In this document: in pieces, positions 47,934 through 61,543 of the stretch
Numbering within the stretch: the stretch's first letter is position 1
Layout of the letters: the number at the start of each line of letters is the position of its first letter
Assembly: GCA_028826165.1 (NCBI GenBank)
Contig: JAPDFW010000114.1
Span: 682,001 to 746,000 of the forward strand
Source: Anaeramoeba ignava BMAN
Lineage: Eukaryota > Protista > Anaeramoebae
Direction of reading: 5' to 3'
DNA length: 64,000 nt
The notes under the pieces: model-generated
What the model was told of the DNA's origin: nothing
What the model saw: only the letters and a program-made list of their open reading frames with translations
Database searches by the model: none
Made by a program: the position numbers and the translations under genes

Positions 47934-50900
47934 TCAAAAAACAAACAAATTTCCTTTTACTTTTCCTTTCCTTTTTTCTTTTTCTTTTCCTTTTTTTAAA
48001 GGATGGATTAAAATTCTAAAAAAAGAAAATTTTTCTAAATAAATTTTTTCAATTTGATTTTCTGCATCTTCTTTTGAATAATTTTGTATAAAATATCTAT
48101 TTTTTTGAACACGAAAAATTTTAGGATTATAAAAATAACAAAAAGAAATAAAATTTTGGATTGAATCATTTTCATTTTCATTTTCATTTTCATTTTCCAA
48201 AATATTTTCTTGATTTGTTTCTGAATTTGAATTATTTTCATTTTCCAAAATATTTTCTTGATTTTTGAATAATTTTTTCTCTAAAAATAATTTTTTTGCT
48301 TTTTCATAAGAATTTTCAATCTTAACTTTCCAATCTTGAATTTCTTCTTGATTTTCTAAAAAGAAATTTAAAATACCAAATTTTGTAAATATTTTGAATC
48401 CATAAAAAATAGTATCATTTTCATTAAGAATCTGTTCAGGTTCAATAAAGGTTTGAATTAAAGGAAAATGAAGAAAATAAGTTTCAGTTTCATCTTTTTT
48501 TTTCTTGAATAAAGATAACTTGTAATTTTGCAAAGCAAGTCCAATTTTTTTAAAATAAAAATCTTTTTTGGGATAATTTTTAATATTTGAAATGGAAAAT
48601 TGAGTTTTTGCTTGAATTTTTGTTGGAATTAAAGAATCAGGAAAATTTATTGATTTTCCTTTTGTTTGAAATCCAATTTCTTTTTTCTTATTTAATCGTG
48701 AAGGAAATTTTGAAGAATGATGAATATTTATATTGGAAATGTTTGAATTTTGAGAAGAATTGTTGTTATTATTATTATTATTTTGATTGTTTGAATTGTT
48801 TTGTGAATGAAACTGTTTTGATTTATGTTGGAATTGAAATCGAGAAAATGTAAATTTTTGGATTGATATTTTTTTAGAAAAGTTTTGATTTTCAAAGAAA
48901 AATTCTTGACCATCATCATTAAAAATTCGAACCAAAATTTCTCCTTTTTTAATAATATTATTTTGATTATCTGAAAAAATGAAAGGTTTTTTAATTTTTT
49001 TTTCATCCTTTTTACTTTCAATTTTACTTTTAATTTTACTTTTACTTTTACTTTTACTTTTACTTTTACTTTTACTTTCAATTTTACTTTCACTTTCAAT
49101 TTTACTTTCAATTTTTTTCTTCAAAGATTGAAATGAATGTGAAACAAGTGTATAATCTTTGTGTTTTTTTGGAGTTGATTTTAAAATTTCTTCAAAAAGA
49201 TCTAAATATTTTTTTAATCTTTGAGATTTTTGAAACAAGATGAAAGTTAAATAATCTTGATTTTGATTTTGATTTTCTTTTTGATTTTCTTTTTGATTTT
49301 CTTTTTGATTTTGATTTTGATTTTGATTTTCATGTTTACTTTCAAAAATTTTAAGGAGATTCATAAAAGAATCATTTTGTTTCCATTCTTGAATTTTTTG
49401 TTCAATTAATTTGAAATCTGGATTATGAGTAATATATAAATCAATTTTTGTAATAAATGAATTAAGAATATCACCAATACAAGTTAAAGAATTGATTGAT
49501 TCCATTCTTTTTTTAAGAGGTTTTTGAAGAACATTCAAAGTTTTTTTGTGAATTTTTTCGAAATTTTGGAAAACAAATTGAATTTCTTGATTAGAAAATA
49601 AATTCTTTGAACGAAGAGGAGTTAAAAAATTCATAATGACTTGGTTTAAGGAATCAAGATAAGCTGTCTCATCCAAAAGAAGATTTGAGATTGAGTTTTG
49701 TCTGTTATATTCCTGTTCAAGTATTTTTGCACATTTTGAATTTGGATGATATTTTTGTGCAATTAGATGAGGTTTTTGATGGGATTTGAGGAGAATATTT
49801 GCACCTTTTTCCAAAAATAAAGCTGTGATTTCTTCATTTCCCCATTCAGCAGTTAGTTGTATTGGGGTTTTCTTTTTTGATTTTTTGTGATTGATTGTTC
49901 GTGTGAAATTGTTTTCAAAGCAGTATTTTAATAAAGTAATATCTTTGTTTTTAATTCCTAGTTCAAATGGAGTTTCGATATTTTGCTTGAGCAAATAATC
50001 AACACAATTTAGATGACCGCTAATTTCTGCAAGAAGAATAGGCAATTTCCCATTTGAATTCAGATTATTTAATTGGCATTTGTTACGAACAAGTATTTTA
50101 CAGCATTCAAGCTCTCCATTTTCACAGGCAGCATGGATAGGTTGTTGATTCATATTGTTTTTTGTGTTGATGATTTCAAGTGCTTCTTTTTTGTGTTTAA
50201 ATATCATTTTGTAAATTTCGTGATTTGGGAAATGAAGAATAGAATTTTTCTGATGATCCAATTTGGAAATGAGTTCAACAGGAAATTTTTGCAAAATCAA
50301 CTTGAATATTTCAGGTTTTTTGTGCTTTGCTGCAGTTAATAAAAGGGTATTTCCATTTTCATCTCTGATACTCAAATCATCAAAATGAGTCAATATTGAT
50401 TTGAATATTTCAATAGTTTCATAATTTAATGAAATGCTTTGGTGAAGTAAAGATATTTTTGAGAAAATTAAGTGAGGCTTTGCTCCATATTTGAGTAAAT
50501 TTGAAACAATACTCCCAGAAAGGGTATTCAATGCATAATCTAAAGGTGTTTTCTTGTGTTTATCTTGAACATTTGGATCTGCATTTTTTTTCAATAGCAA
50601 GGAAACAATTTTCTCGTCATTTTGCTCAATTGCATGAAAAAGTGCTGTTTTTTCTTGATGATCTTTGATATTAACATTCAAATTAGATAATTTTAAGAGT
50701 TGCTTCACAAAATTAGCATTTCTCAAGCTAACTGCTGTTATTAAAGCAGTAAATCCAACTTTGTTCTGAAGATTAATATTTGGTTGAACTTTTAAAATTT
50801 CTTGAAAAATTTATTATCTTGGATTTTCACAGCAAGAATTAAAGGAGTATTTTCTTCAAGATCTGGAATATCAATAATTTGAGGGTTTGGTTGAATCAAT

Positions 50901-52869
50901 ATTCCGAATAATTGATGATTTTTTTGTTCAATTGCAATATGTAATACTGTTTTTCCGTTTTTGTCTTTTATCAATGTGTCTGGTTTTTTTGATATTAGAA
51001 GATTTATCAAAGATATATTATTTTTCTGAGTTGCTAAATGTAAAGGTGTAGAACCAAATTCATCTTGAGAATTTGGATCAGCATTTGATTCTAATAGAAT
51101 TTTACAAATTTCAATAGATTCTTCTATAATAGCTTTATGAAGTGGTGTTCTTTTGTTTGAATCAACAACTATTTTTTGGATTAAATTTTTGGATTAAATT
51201 TTTGGATTAAATTTTTGAATTAAATTTTTGGATTAAATTTTTTGGATTAAATTTTTGAATTAAATTTTTGAATTAAATTTTTGAATTAAATTTTTGGATT
51301 AAATTTTTGGAATTTACTTTTTACACTTTCTGGAGATGATTGAAGAATAGTTTTAACTTTATTCAAATTATTTTCTTCAATTAATTCATGAATTTGAGGG
51401 TTTTTTTCAAAATCTGGAAAAGGAGTTGGTGTTTCAAAATTATCTAAATTATTATCATTAAAATCATTTGAATTTTTTGAATCATTTGAATTTTTTGGAT
51501 CATTTATAGAAGATAATTCTGATGGTTTTTTATTATCAATATCAGTAATTTCTTCATCTGCACCTTTTGATATTAATAAATCAATTGAACTTTTATGTCC
51601 ATGTAAATAAGCAAAATGAAGAGCTGTTCTATGATCTGAAGATAATTCATTTATATTGGTTTCGTTATCTAAAAGCATTGCAATAAATTCTGTTGATCCA
51701 TGTTTTGCTGCAACGTGAATTGGTTGAAGTGTTGATTTTGAAAACATTTTTTTTTCTAAAATTGCTGGAAATAATTTTAATATTCTTAATCCAACTTCAA
51801 CTGCATTTGAAGCTGCTGCTCGAAAAAATACATTATAATTTTCATTATCAACAAGATTTATCATTAATTTATCAATTGAAAGGAGATATTCAACATTTAC
51901 AACATCATTATTTTTTGCTGCATAATGAAGTGGAGTACTTTTTTGATATTTATATTGATATTAATTTTAATTTTAATTTTAATTTTGATTTTGATTTTGA
52001 TTTTAATTTTAATTTTAATTTTATAAATGAATTTTGATTTTAATATTGATTTTAATTTTAATTTTAATTTTGATTTTGATTTTGATTTTGATTTTGATTT
52101 TAATTTTAATTTTAATTTTAATTTTAATTTTAATTTTAATTTTAATTTTAATTTTAATTTTGATTTTAATTTTAATTTTAATTTTAATTTTAATAAATGA
52201 ATTTTGATTTTAATTTTGATTTTGATTTTAATTTTAATTTTAATTTTAATTTTAATTTTGATTTTAATTTTAATTTTAATTTTAATTTTAATTTTAATTT
52301 TAATTTTAATTTTAATTTTAATTTTAATATTAATTTAATAAATGAATTTTAATATTAATATTGATTTTAATTTTGATTTTAATTTTAATTTTAATTTTAA
52401 TTTTAATTTTAATTTTAATTTTAATTTTAATTTTAATTTTAATTTTAATTTTAAATTTAATTTTAATTTTAATTTTAATTTTAATTTTAATTTGAATTTT
52501 AATATTGATTTTGATTTAATTTAAATTTTAATTTTAATATTGATTTTGGAGAGTTTACAATTTATTTTCATCAACTGCTCTGTGATTACAACCGGAAAGA
52601 ATTAAGTGTTCAATTAAATCTCTATTTCCTTTATCAGCTGCAATATGAAGGATTGTTTGTTTTTTTTCATTTGTAAAATTTAAATTTATTCTTATTTTAA
52701 TAAGTGTTTTTATAACTTCAATATTTCCAAGAGAAACTGCAAGAAATAAAGGATTTTGTCCATTTTTATCAAATGAAGTAATTAATAATTTATTATTATC
52801 ATTTTCTTCAATAATTTGTTGAATTTGTTGAATATTTTCTGTTTTAATTGCTTTAAATAAATTCTCCAT
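47934..52869 (-). CDS. Ankyrin repeat + DH (RhoGEF) + PH protein; introns 51938-52558 and 51169-51317; apparent 1-nt deletion near 50810
   Basis: Many ankyrin T(P/A)LH-type repeats, then DH-like LLLDETAYLDSL...QRLKKYLDLFEEILKSTPKKHKDY and a PH-like end YGFKIFT..EIQDWKVKI. Confidence 0.8.
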
Positions 52870-53161
52870 TTTTTTTGTTTAATAAACCAAAAAAAAAAGC
52901 AAAAAAAAAAGGAAAAAAAAATGAAAAATAAAAATTTCTTTTTTTTTCTTTTCTTTTCTCAAATAAATACATAATTAAATACATAAAGAAATTAATTAAA
53001 TTTATTAATTTTTCTTTTCAAATAAATCTCCCCAAAAAAAAATTTTTTTCCCTTTTTTTTTTTTTTATTCCAAAAAATTTTTCAAAAACCAAAAAAACGA
53101 AAATTTCAATCTCTTTTTGAAAAAGTGAAAAGTTAATAATTTATAATTTATAATTTATAAT

Positions 53162-55304
53162 TTATAATTTATAATTTTCGTTTTCATTTTCATTTTCATT
53201 TTCATTTTCATTTTCATTTTCATTTTCATTTTCGTTTTCATTTTCATTTTCATTTTCATTTTCATTTTCATTTTCATTTTCATTTGTTTTTGTTGTTTCT
53301 TCATCACTATCATCAATAATTCCAAAAGGATTTTCTCCAAAATCTCCTTCAACTTTTTGATTAAATTCTCTTCCATCCAAAAGTGGATCATTTCTAAAAT
53401 TTAATTTGAATTTGATTTTGATTTTAATTTTGATTTAGATTTTGATTTTGATTTTGATTTTGATTTTGATTTTGATTTTGATTTTGATTTTGATTTTGAT
53501 TTTGATTTTGATTTTGATTTTGATTTTGATTTTGATTTTGATTTTAATTTTGAATTTTGATTTTGATTTAAATTTTGATTTTGATTTTGATTTTGATTTT
53601 GATTTTAAATTTAATTTTGATTTTGATGTAAATTTTGATTTTGATTTTGATTTTGATTTTGATTTTGATTTTGATTTTGATTTTGATTTTGATTCTGATT
53701 TTGATTTTGATTTTGAATTTGATTTTTGATTTTGATTTTGATTTTGATTTTGATTTTAAATTTGATTTTTGATTTTGATTTTGATTTTGATTTTGATTTT
53801 GATTTTGATTTTGATTTTGATTTTGATTTTGATTTTGATTTTGATTTTGATTTTAAATTTAATTTTGATTTTGATTTTGATTTTGATTTTGATTTTGATT
53901 TTGATTTTGATTTTGATTTTAAATTTGATTTTAAATTTAATTTTGATTTTGATTTAAATTTTGATTTTGATTTTGATTTTGATTTTGATTTTGATTTTAA
54001 ATTTGATTTTGATTTTGATTTTGATTTTGATTTTGATTTTGATTTATATTTTGATTTTGAAATTAACCTTTGTTTTGATTTTATTCTAAGAAAAATAAGA
54101 AGAAAATCTCTTATTATTCTCAATAAAAAGCATATTATTATCATTGCTTTTTCACCACTAGATAATGTTGCAAAATAAACAAGCATCGATAAAATACAAA
54201 AAATCATAACAATAAAATCAAAGATATTTCGAAATGATTTCCAATATTCCTATTTAAAATGTGAATTAAAATGTGAATGAAAAGTAATCCAAATAATTTC
54301 CAAATTAAATTACCATATTTTCATGACAAATTATTACAATATTATCAAAAATAATAATAATATTTAATAATAAAAAGAAGAAAATAAAAGCACCAGATTT
54401 TGAGCTAATCAAATATTATATAAAAAAATAATTAATTTTTCTGTTTTAAATTTAATTAAAAATTTGCTTTTAAAATCATACGTTCCAAAGGCGATTGTCT
54501 ATTTAGATTTAATTATAAATTTAATTATAAATATAATTATAAATATTATTATAAATTTATTTATAAATTTAATTATAAATTTAATTATAAATTTAATTAT
54601 AAATTTAATTATAAATTTAATTATAAATTTAATTATAAATTTAATTATAAATTTAATTATAAATTTAATTATAAATTTAATTATAAATTTAATTATAAAT
54701 TTAATTATAAATATTATTATAAATTTAATTATAAATTTAATTATAAATTTAATTATAAATATAATTATAAATATAATTATAAATTTAATTATAAATTTTA
54801 TTATAAATATAATTACAAATTTGATTATAAATTTAATTATAAATTTAATTATAAATTTAATTATAAATTTAATTATAAATTTAATTATAAATTTAATTAT
54901 AAATTTCTAGATAAATTTAATTATAAATTTAATTATAGATTTATTTATAAATATAATTATAAATATAATTATAAATATAATTATAAATTTAATTATAAAT
55001 TTAATTTAAATATAATTATAAATATAATTATAAATTTTGTTATAAATTGTTTTATTGATTCAAAAAATATAATCACCCAAATAAGCAATATTAAAGCTAA
55101 AAGTAAAGATAATGCCTCAATTAACATCCAAAATCTTTTTTGTTGAGTATTATACATAAAAAGACAGCAAACACCACTTGAAATTGGTTTTTTTTTCTCT
55201 TCATAAATCCATTCATCTTCATCACCAAAAAGATTAGTTTCTGAAGGAAGTCCTTCATCTTTATTATTCAAATTTTCATCTGAATTACTTTGTAATTGTG
55301 ACAT
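53162..55304 (-). CDS. Four-TM stand-alone voltage-sensor-like (Ion_trans S1-S4) protein; exons 55304-55077, 54498-54482, 54404-54314, 54249-54068, 53393-53162
   Basis: All four GT-AG joins keep the frame. YWKSFRNIFDFIV matches the S2-S3/S3 motif; S4-like LLRIIRDFLLIFLRIK; no pore domain follows. Confidence 0.6.
53394..54067 (-). repeat. Intron filled with (TTTTGA)n on + strand
   Basis: Seen directly; GT/AG ends on the minus strand. Confidence 0.85.
54499..55076 (-). repeat. Intron filled with 12-bp (AAATTTAATTAT)n
   Basis: Seen directly; GT/AG ends on the minus strand. Confidence 0.8.
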
Positions 55305-55567
55305 TATTTTTTTAAAAAAAAAAAAAGGAAAAAAATGAAAAAAAAAATAATTTGATTTTTTATTCTTTTTTTTTTAATTTAAATTAAAAAGAAAACAATT
55401 TAGAAATTTTTCTTTTCTTGATTAAAGTGATCAAAAATAGTTTTTTCATTTTTTCATTTTTTCATTTTTTTTCTTTTTATTTTCCATTTATTTTCCGTTT
55501 ATTTTTCTTTCATTTTATTTTTTCAAAATAATTTTTCAATAAAAAAAAAATAATAAAAATTTAAAAA

Positions 55568-58500
55568 ATGGGAAACGAAGGTTCATCATTAAGAAAAGTT
55601 AAAAAAAGTAAACAAAAGAAATTAATAAAATTGATCCTTGAATCAAAAGAAGCAATTTTTCTTGCAAATTCTGAAGGAAAATTTATAGAGGCAAATCAAC
55701 CCACTTTAAATTTATTCAAAGCAAAAAGAGAACAAATTATAAATACAGATATTTCTAAAATTGCTCCTGATATTCAACCTCATATGAATTTATCTTCTAA
55801 ACAAGCTTTTGGTACTTTTTATACTAAAATTTATGAGTAAGTTATTCTTTATTTAAAAATTCAATTATAATACGAAAAAAAATTTTTTTCATAAACTTTT
55901 TTTTTTCTTTTTTTTCTTTTTTTTCTTTATTTGCTTTATTTTATTTATTTGAAAAATTGAATTAACAAAATCCAAAAAAAAAATTTATACAAAATTTATT
56001 TCAATAATTATTTCAATACTTTAATTTTTAAAAATATTTAATCCAATTACCATTCCAAAAATTAAATATAAAAAATTAAATATTAAATAATAAAAATTAA
56101 ATATAAAATATAAATATTAAATATTAAATATTAAATATATTAAATATAAAATAAATATTAAAATATAAATATTAAATATTAAAATATTAAATATTAAATA
56201 TAAAATATTAAATATTAAATATTAAATATTAAATATAAAATATTAAATATTAAATATTAAATATAAAATATTAAATAAAAATTAAAATATTAAATATTAA
56301 AAATATAAAAATATTAAATATTAAAATATAAAAAATATTAAATATAAAATATTAAATATTAAATAAAAAATATAAAATATAAAATATTAAAAAAATAAAA
56401 AATATAAAATATAAAAAAAAAAAAATAAATAAATATAAATATAAATATTAAATATTAAATATTAAATATTAAATATTAAAATATTAAATATTAAATAATT
56501 AAAATAAATAATAAAAAAAAAATAAAAAAAAAATATTAAATATAAAATATAAATAATAAATATTTAATATAAAATATAAAATATAAAATATTAAATATTA
56601 AATATTAAATATTAAATAATAAATATTAAATAATAAATATTAAATATAAAATATAAAATATAAAAAATATAAAATATAAAATATTAAAAAATAATAAATA
56701 TAAAATATTAAATATTAAATATAAAATTAAATATTAAATATTAAATATTAAATAAAATATTAAATATTAAAAAGGAGTCAAACAGGTTTCTTTGAATTTA
56801 ATTTTCAATATTTGGATACAGAAAAAAAACCCTTTTGGGTTCATGTTTGGTCGATTCCTTTGAAAATAGCAGATAAATTCTACATTCAAGCAGTGTTAAT
56901 TCCAATCGAAGAACCAGAAAAAGATAAAAATGAAAAGCTTCCAGAAAACATGTCATTATTAACAGCAAATTTAGATACATTTACTCAACATTCAGATATT
57001 TCAGATGATAATTCAGATAATGATATTGATTTTGGTGATTTGGAAGAAGTTTTAAAACCAGATTCCTCAAATCAAAATACTTCTCGATCTGAATTAACAA
57101 TATCAACAGATGAAAATGAAAAAGAATCTCCAAAACCTCCTTTTTCACCACTTGGAAAACAAGAAATCACAATAAGATCTTTTTCAAGTCAAGAAAATTC
57201 ACCAAAAAATTCAAAAAAAAATAAACCTGATAAAGCAATTCAAGGAATGGCGAAATATTTTAGAAAAAGAAGCAATACAAATGCTAAAATTGAAGAATTT
57301 CAATATCAAAATCAACAAAGAAGAAATGCCAAAAAAGAAAAAGAAAAAGAAAAAGAAAAAGAAAAAGAAAAAGAAAAAGAAAAAGAAAAAGGAAAATCAA
57401 CCAATAGAAACACAAGATCATTAAGAAACGAAATTTCTTTAACCGAACAAAATGATAATCAAAATGATCTAAAAGAAAAATATGATGATTTAGAAAAGCA
57501 ATTCAAAAAATTAAAATTCAAACATAAATTATTGAAAAATCAAGATTCAAGCAAAAAAACTTCAGATCCAGAAACATTTATGCTAAGATTAAAAGCAAAA
57601 ACATCAGAAAATAATGAATTAAGAATACAACTAAATGACCAAACAACAAGAATGGAACAATTACAAGAAGAAAATCTCAAATTTAAAAAAGAAGTGGAAA
57701 AATTACGATCAGAAAAAGAAGATGGAATGTCAACTTTACTGAATAAATTGAATCAAATTCGAAGTAAAGAAAAGGAGAAAACAAGTGAAAATAATCAACT
57801 CAGATCTGAAAATGTTGAACTAGCAAAACGTATTGAAGAACAAGATTCAAAAATTCAACAACTTGAAGAAGAAGCAAAATCTTCACATGAAATTCGAGAA
57901 AAAATCGCACTTGAAAAAGGTGAATTGACTTCAGATTTCCAAGAGAAATTAAATTTACTTCGTTCACAACTTAAAGAAAGAGTAGCAGAAAACAATCAAT
58001 TAAGATTAGAATTAAATAATCTTAAATCAGAAGCTGAAAAAAATCTTGAACAAAAAAATAATTCAACTCAAGAATCAAAAGCAATTTTTGAAGAAAATGA
58101 AAATTTAAAACAAAAACATGAAATGTTAAACACAAAAATTCTTGACTTAGAAAACGAGAATAAAAAATTCAAAGAAGAACTCGAAACACTTAAATCAATT
58201 GATCAACAATACACAAATCTTTCTCATAAACACCAAGAAATGTCAAATGAAAATCATGATCTCAAAACTGAAGTTGAAGAAGTTCGAAAAATTCTTTGGG
58301 GATTTCATACAAAAACATCAAATTATTTCCATTATGATTCATCTGAATATGATGTTTCAGATGATTCAGAAGTAAAATCAAATCAAAAAAATTAAATTAA
58401 AAATCAAAATCAATTAAAAATCAAAAAATTAAATTTAGTCTGATCAAAGTTCTGAATTTGAAGAATTAAGAAAAAGAAGAGCTCAAAATATCGCTTTGTA

Positions 58501-60538
58501 TCAACCTTATAGAAGAGGTTATACTCAATTTTCAAAACTTATTAAAACTCGTTCTGGAGAAAATTTACTTTCTATGCAAAATTTACGTCAAAAGTAATAA
58601 AAAAAAATATTTCTAATAATTTTCCAATTTTCTTCTTTTAAAAATCTTTTTTTTTTTTAGGAGAAGCATTAGTGAATCTGAATTACCAAATCATCAAATT
58701 GAAAATGTAAAAGAATCTCATTTCTTGTTTCTTTTGGAAATGATGAAATTTAATTCAAAATATTTATGAAAAAAAAAAACAAAAAAACAATTATTTGGTT
58801 AATTTTTAGTTGAACAAAAAAGAAAAAAAAGAAATTGAAACAATTGATGATTTACTTAAAATACCACTTGCAGTTGATTATTTTAAAGAATTTTTAAGTC
58901 AACAACTTAATAGTGAAAATCTATCATTTTATCTTGAAGTTGAAGATTTTAAAAAAATACCAACAATGAAAGTATTTTTTTTCCAAAAAAAAAAAATCAA
59001 AAACATGAAATGAAAAAAAATCAAATAATTTAAATAATTTAGGAACTTGGAGAAAGAGCAATAATTATTTATGAAAAATTTGTTAAACCAGAATCATTAT
59101 TTGAAATTAATATTGATTCAAAAAACCGAGAACAATTAATTCAAATGATTTCAGATTCTCAATATTCTCATAATATGTTTGATAAAGCTGAAGATATTGT
59201 TATAAAGCACATGACATATAACTCATTTGAACCATTTAAAACAACAGAACTATTTAAAACATTAATGAAAAAATTAAATTCAGATACAGAAAGACAATAT
59301 GATACAATCAAAATTGTATTTATTATTTTTACAAGCAATTTATTTTGATTTTTATTTATTATTTTAAATTTTAAAAAAAGGGAACTTTAATTTGGAAAAA
59401 ACAAAATATTGGATTATTAAATTCTGGTTTAAGATTTGAAGGAACACCAAGAAAACCTAATAAAGTTGCAAGTGAATTACTTAATGCACTTATTCAAATG
59501 TTAAATGCCAATTATTCTATAAATTCTGAACAAATCAATTGTGATTCTTTATCTCATACAATTTCATTTAGAAGATTTGTTATATCAACTTATGAACTTC
59601 AACAAGTACAAATCAATTCAAAATTTAATTCAAAATTCAAAATTTAATTCAAAATTTAATTTCAAAATTTAATTTAAAATTTAATTCAAAATTTAATTCA
59701 AAATTTATTTCAAAATTTATTTTAAAATTTAATTCAAAATAAATAGGTTGATTTAGAATCAGTTGATAACGTTGAATTATTTCTTTTCTTCTTAAATATT
59801 TATAATATATTATTTATTCATTCACTTATTTCAAGAGGAGAACCAACAGAAAAATTAACACAAACAAAATTTTTCACTGAAAATAAATATATAATTTCTT
59901 CACAAGAATTTTCCTTATTAGATATTCGAAATGGAATTTTACTTGGAAATATAAATCCTAAAAGCAAAAATACTCAAGAAAAATATTTCAAACAAAATGA
60001 TCCAAGAGAAAAATATATTTCAACAATTAAAGATAATAGAGTTATATTTAGTTTACTTTCTTTAAGAGAAATTAATCCTCCTTTAAAAGTATTTTCAAAA
60101 GAAAATTATTCAGAACAATTAAATAATTCTATTAAGTATTTCTTAATGAAAAATGTTCAAATTGATGAAAAACAAAAAAAGTTAATTAATTTCAATTAAT
60201 TTTAATTTCCAAATCAATTTTAATTTTAATTTCCAAATCAATTTAAATTTTAATTTTAATTTTAATTTTAATTTCCAAATCAATTTTAATTTTAATTTCC
60301 AAAATCAATTTTAATTTTAGAAAAATATTTTAAATAGATTATTCTTCCAAAAGTATTTTTTGAATTTGGATCAGAATTTGGTCAAAATCGTTTAGAAATT
60401 GTTCAATGGATTTCAAATTTCTTAATTGACTCAGAATCATTTCCACATGAAAATTGGAATACTTATACAACTAAATTTAAAAGAATTAAAACAATTCCAA
60501 CACTTACTTTTGATTCAAATTATCAATTTTACAAATAA
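55568..60538 (+). CDS. Putatively myristoylated PAS + coiled-coil + RGS + DUF547 protein (multi-exon; first intron 55837-56774)
   Basis: MGNEGSS start; PAS EAIFLANSEGKFIEANQ..LF..FWVHV; RGS YFKEFL..ENLSFYLEVEDF..IYEKFV..EINIDS; DUF547 LFLFFLNIYNILFIH..FSLLDIRNGIL; stop 60536-60538. Junctions around 58370-58810 were not all verified. Confidence 0.7.
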
Positions 60539-60539
60539 T

Positions 60540-60900
60540 TTTAAATTTGAATTTGAATTTAAATTTGAATTTGAATTTATATTTGAATTTATATTTGAAT
60601 TTGATTTTAAATATTATTTTGAATTTGAATTTTGATTTTGAATTTATCGTTTAGAAATTTTAAATTTGAATTTATATTTGAATTTGATTTTGAATTTATA
60701 TTTGGATTTGAATTTATATTTGAATTTATATTTGAATTTGAATTTGAATTTGAATTTGAATTTATATTTGAATTTGAATTTATATTTGAATTTGAATTTA
60801 AATTTGAATTTAAATTTGAATTTGAATTTGAATTTGAATTTGAATTTGAATTTGAATTTTATTTTGGATTTGAATTTGAATTTGAATTTATATTTGAATT
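60540..60900. repeat. (TTTGAA)n hexamer array after the stop codon
   Basis: Seen directly. Confidence 0.9.
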
Positions 60901-61543
60901 TTTTCTTATCAAAAATTATGTTGATTTTGTATGTTTAAAAAAAAAAAAACAATAATTTGATTCTTTGATTGATTTTTCCAAATTTGATTTTGTTTTATTT
61001 TAAAATAAAATAAAAAGAAATTTTAAAAGGAAATTGATTTAAAAATTGATTTATTTTCTTAAAGGGTATAAAAATTATTTTTAATAAAAAAAAAATTTGA
61101 TCTTTTTCTTTTCAAAATTAATTTGATTTTTTTTTTTAAATTTAATTTTATTCTTGTTTTTAATTTAGAAAAAGGATTTAATTTTAAAAAAATAAAAGAA
61201 AAGAAGAAAAAAATTTTTATTTTAAAATACGTGTCAAAAATATAAAAAATAGCAAATTAATTTATTAATTAAAATTTATTTAAATTTTTTATTTAAAGGG
61301 TTAAATGACTCATCAAAAAAAATTAAATTAAAAATTAATTAAATTAAATTATTTTTTTTTTGATGAAAGATTAAATGAGTTGGAAAAAAAAAAAGATCAA
61401 AAGAAAAAAAAAACGAAATTTAAAAACAATTTTTTTCTTTTTAAAAAAATTATTATTCAATTTGCTTTTTTTTAAAAACAAAACTTTATCAAAAAATTTT
61501 TTTGACTTTATTAAAAAATAAATAAAAAATAAATAAAAAATCA

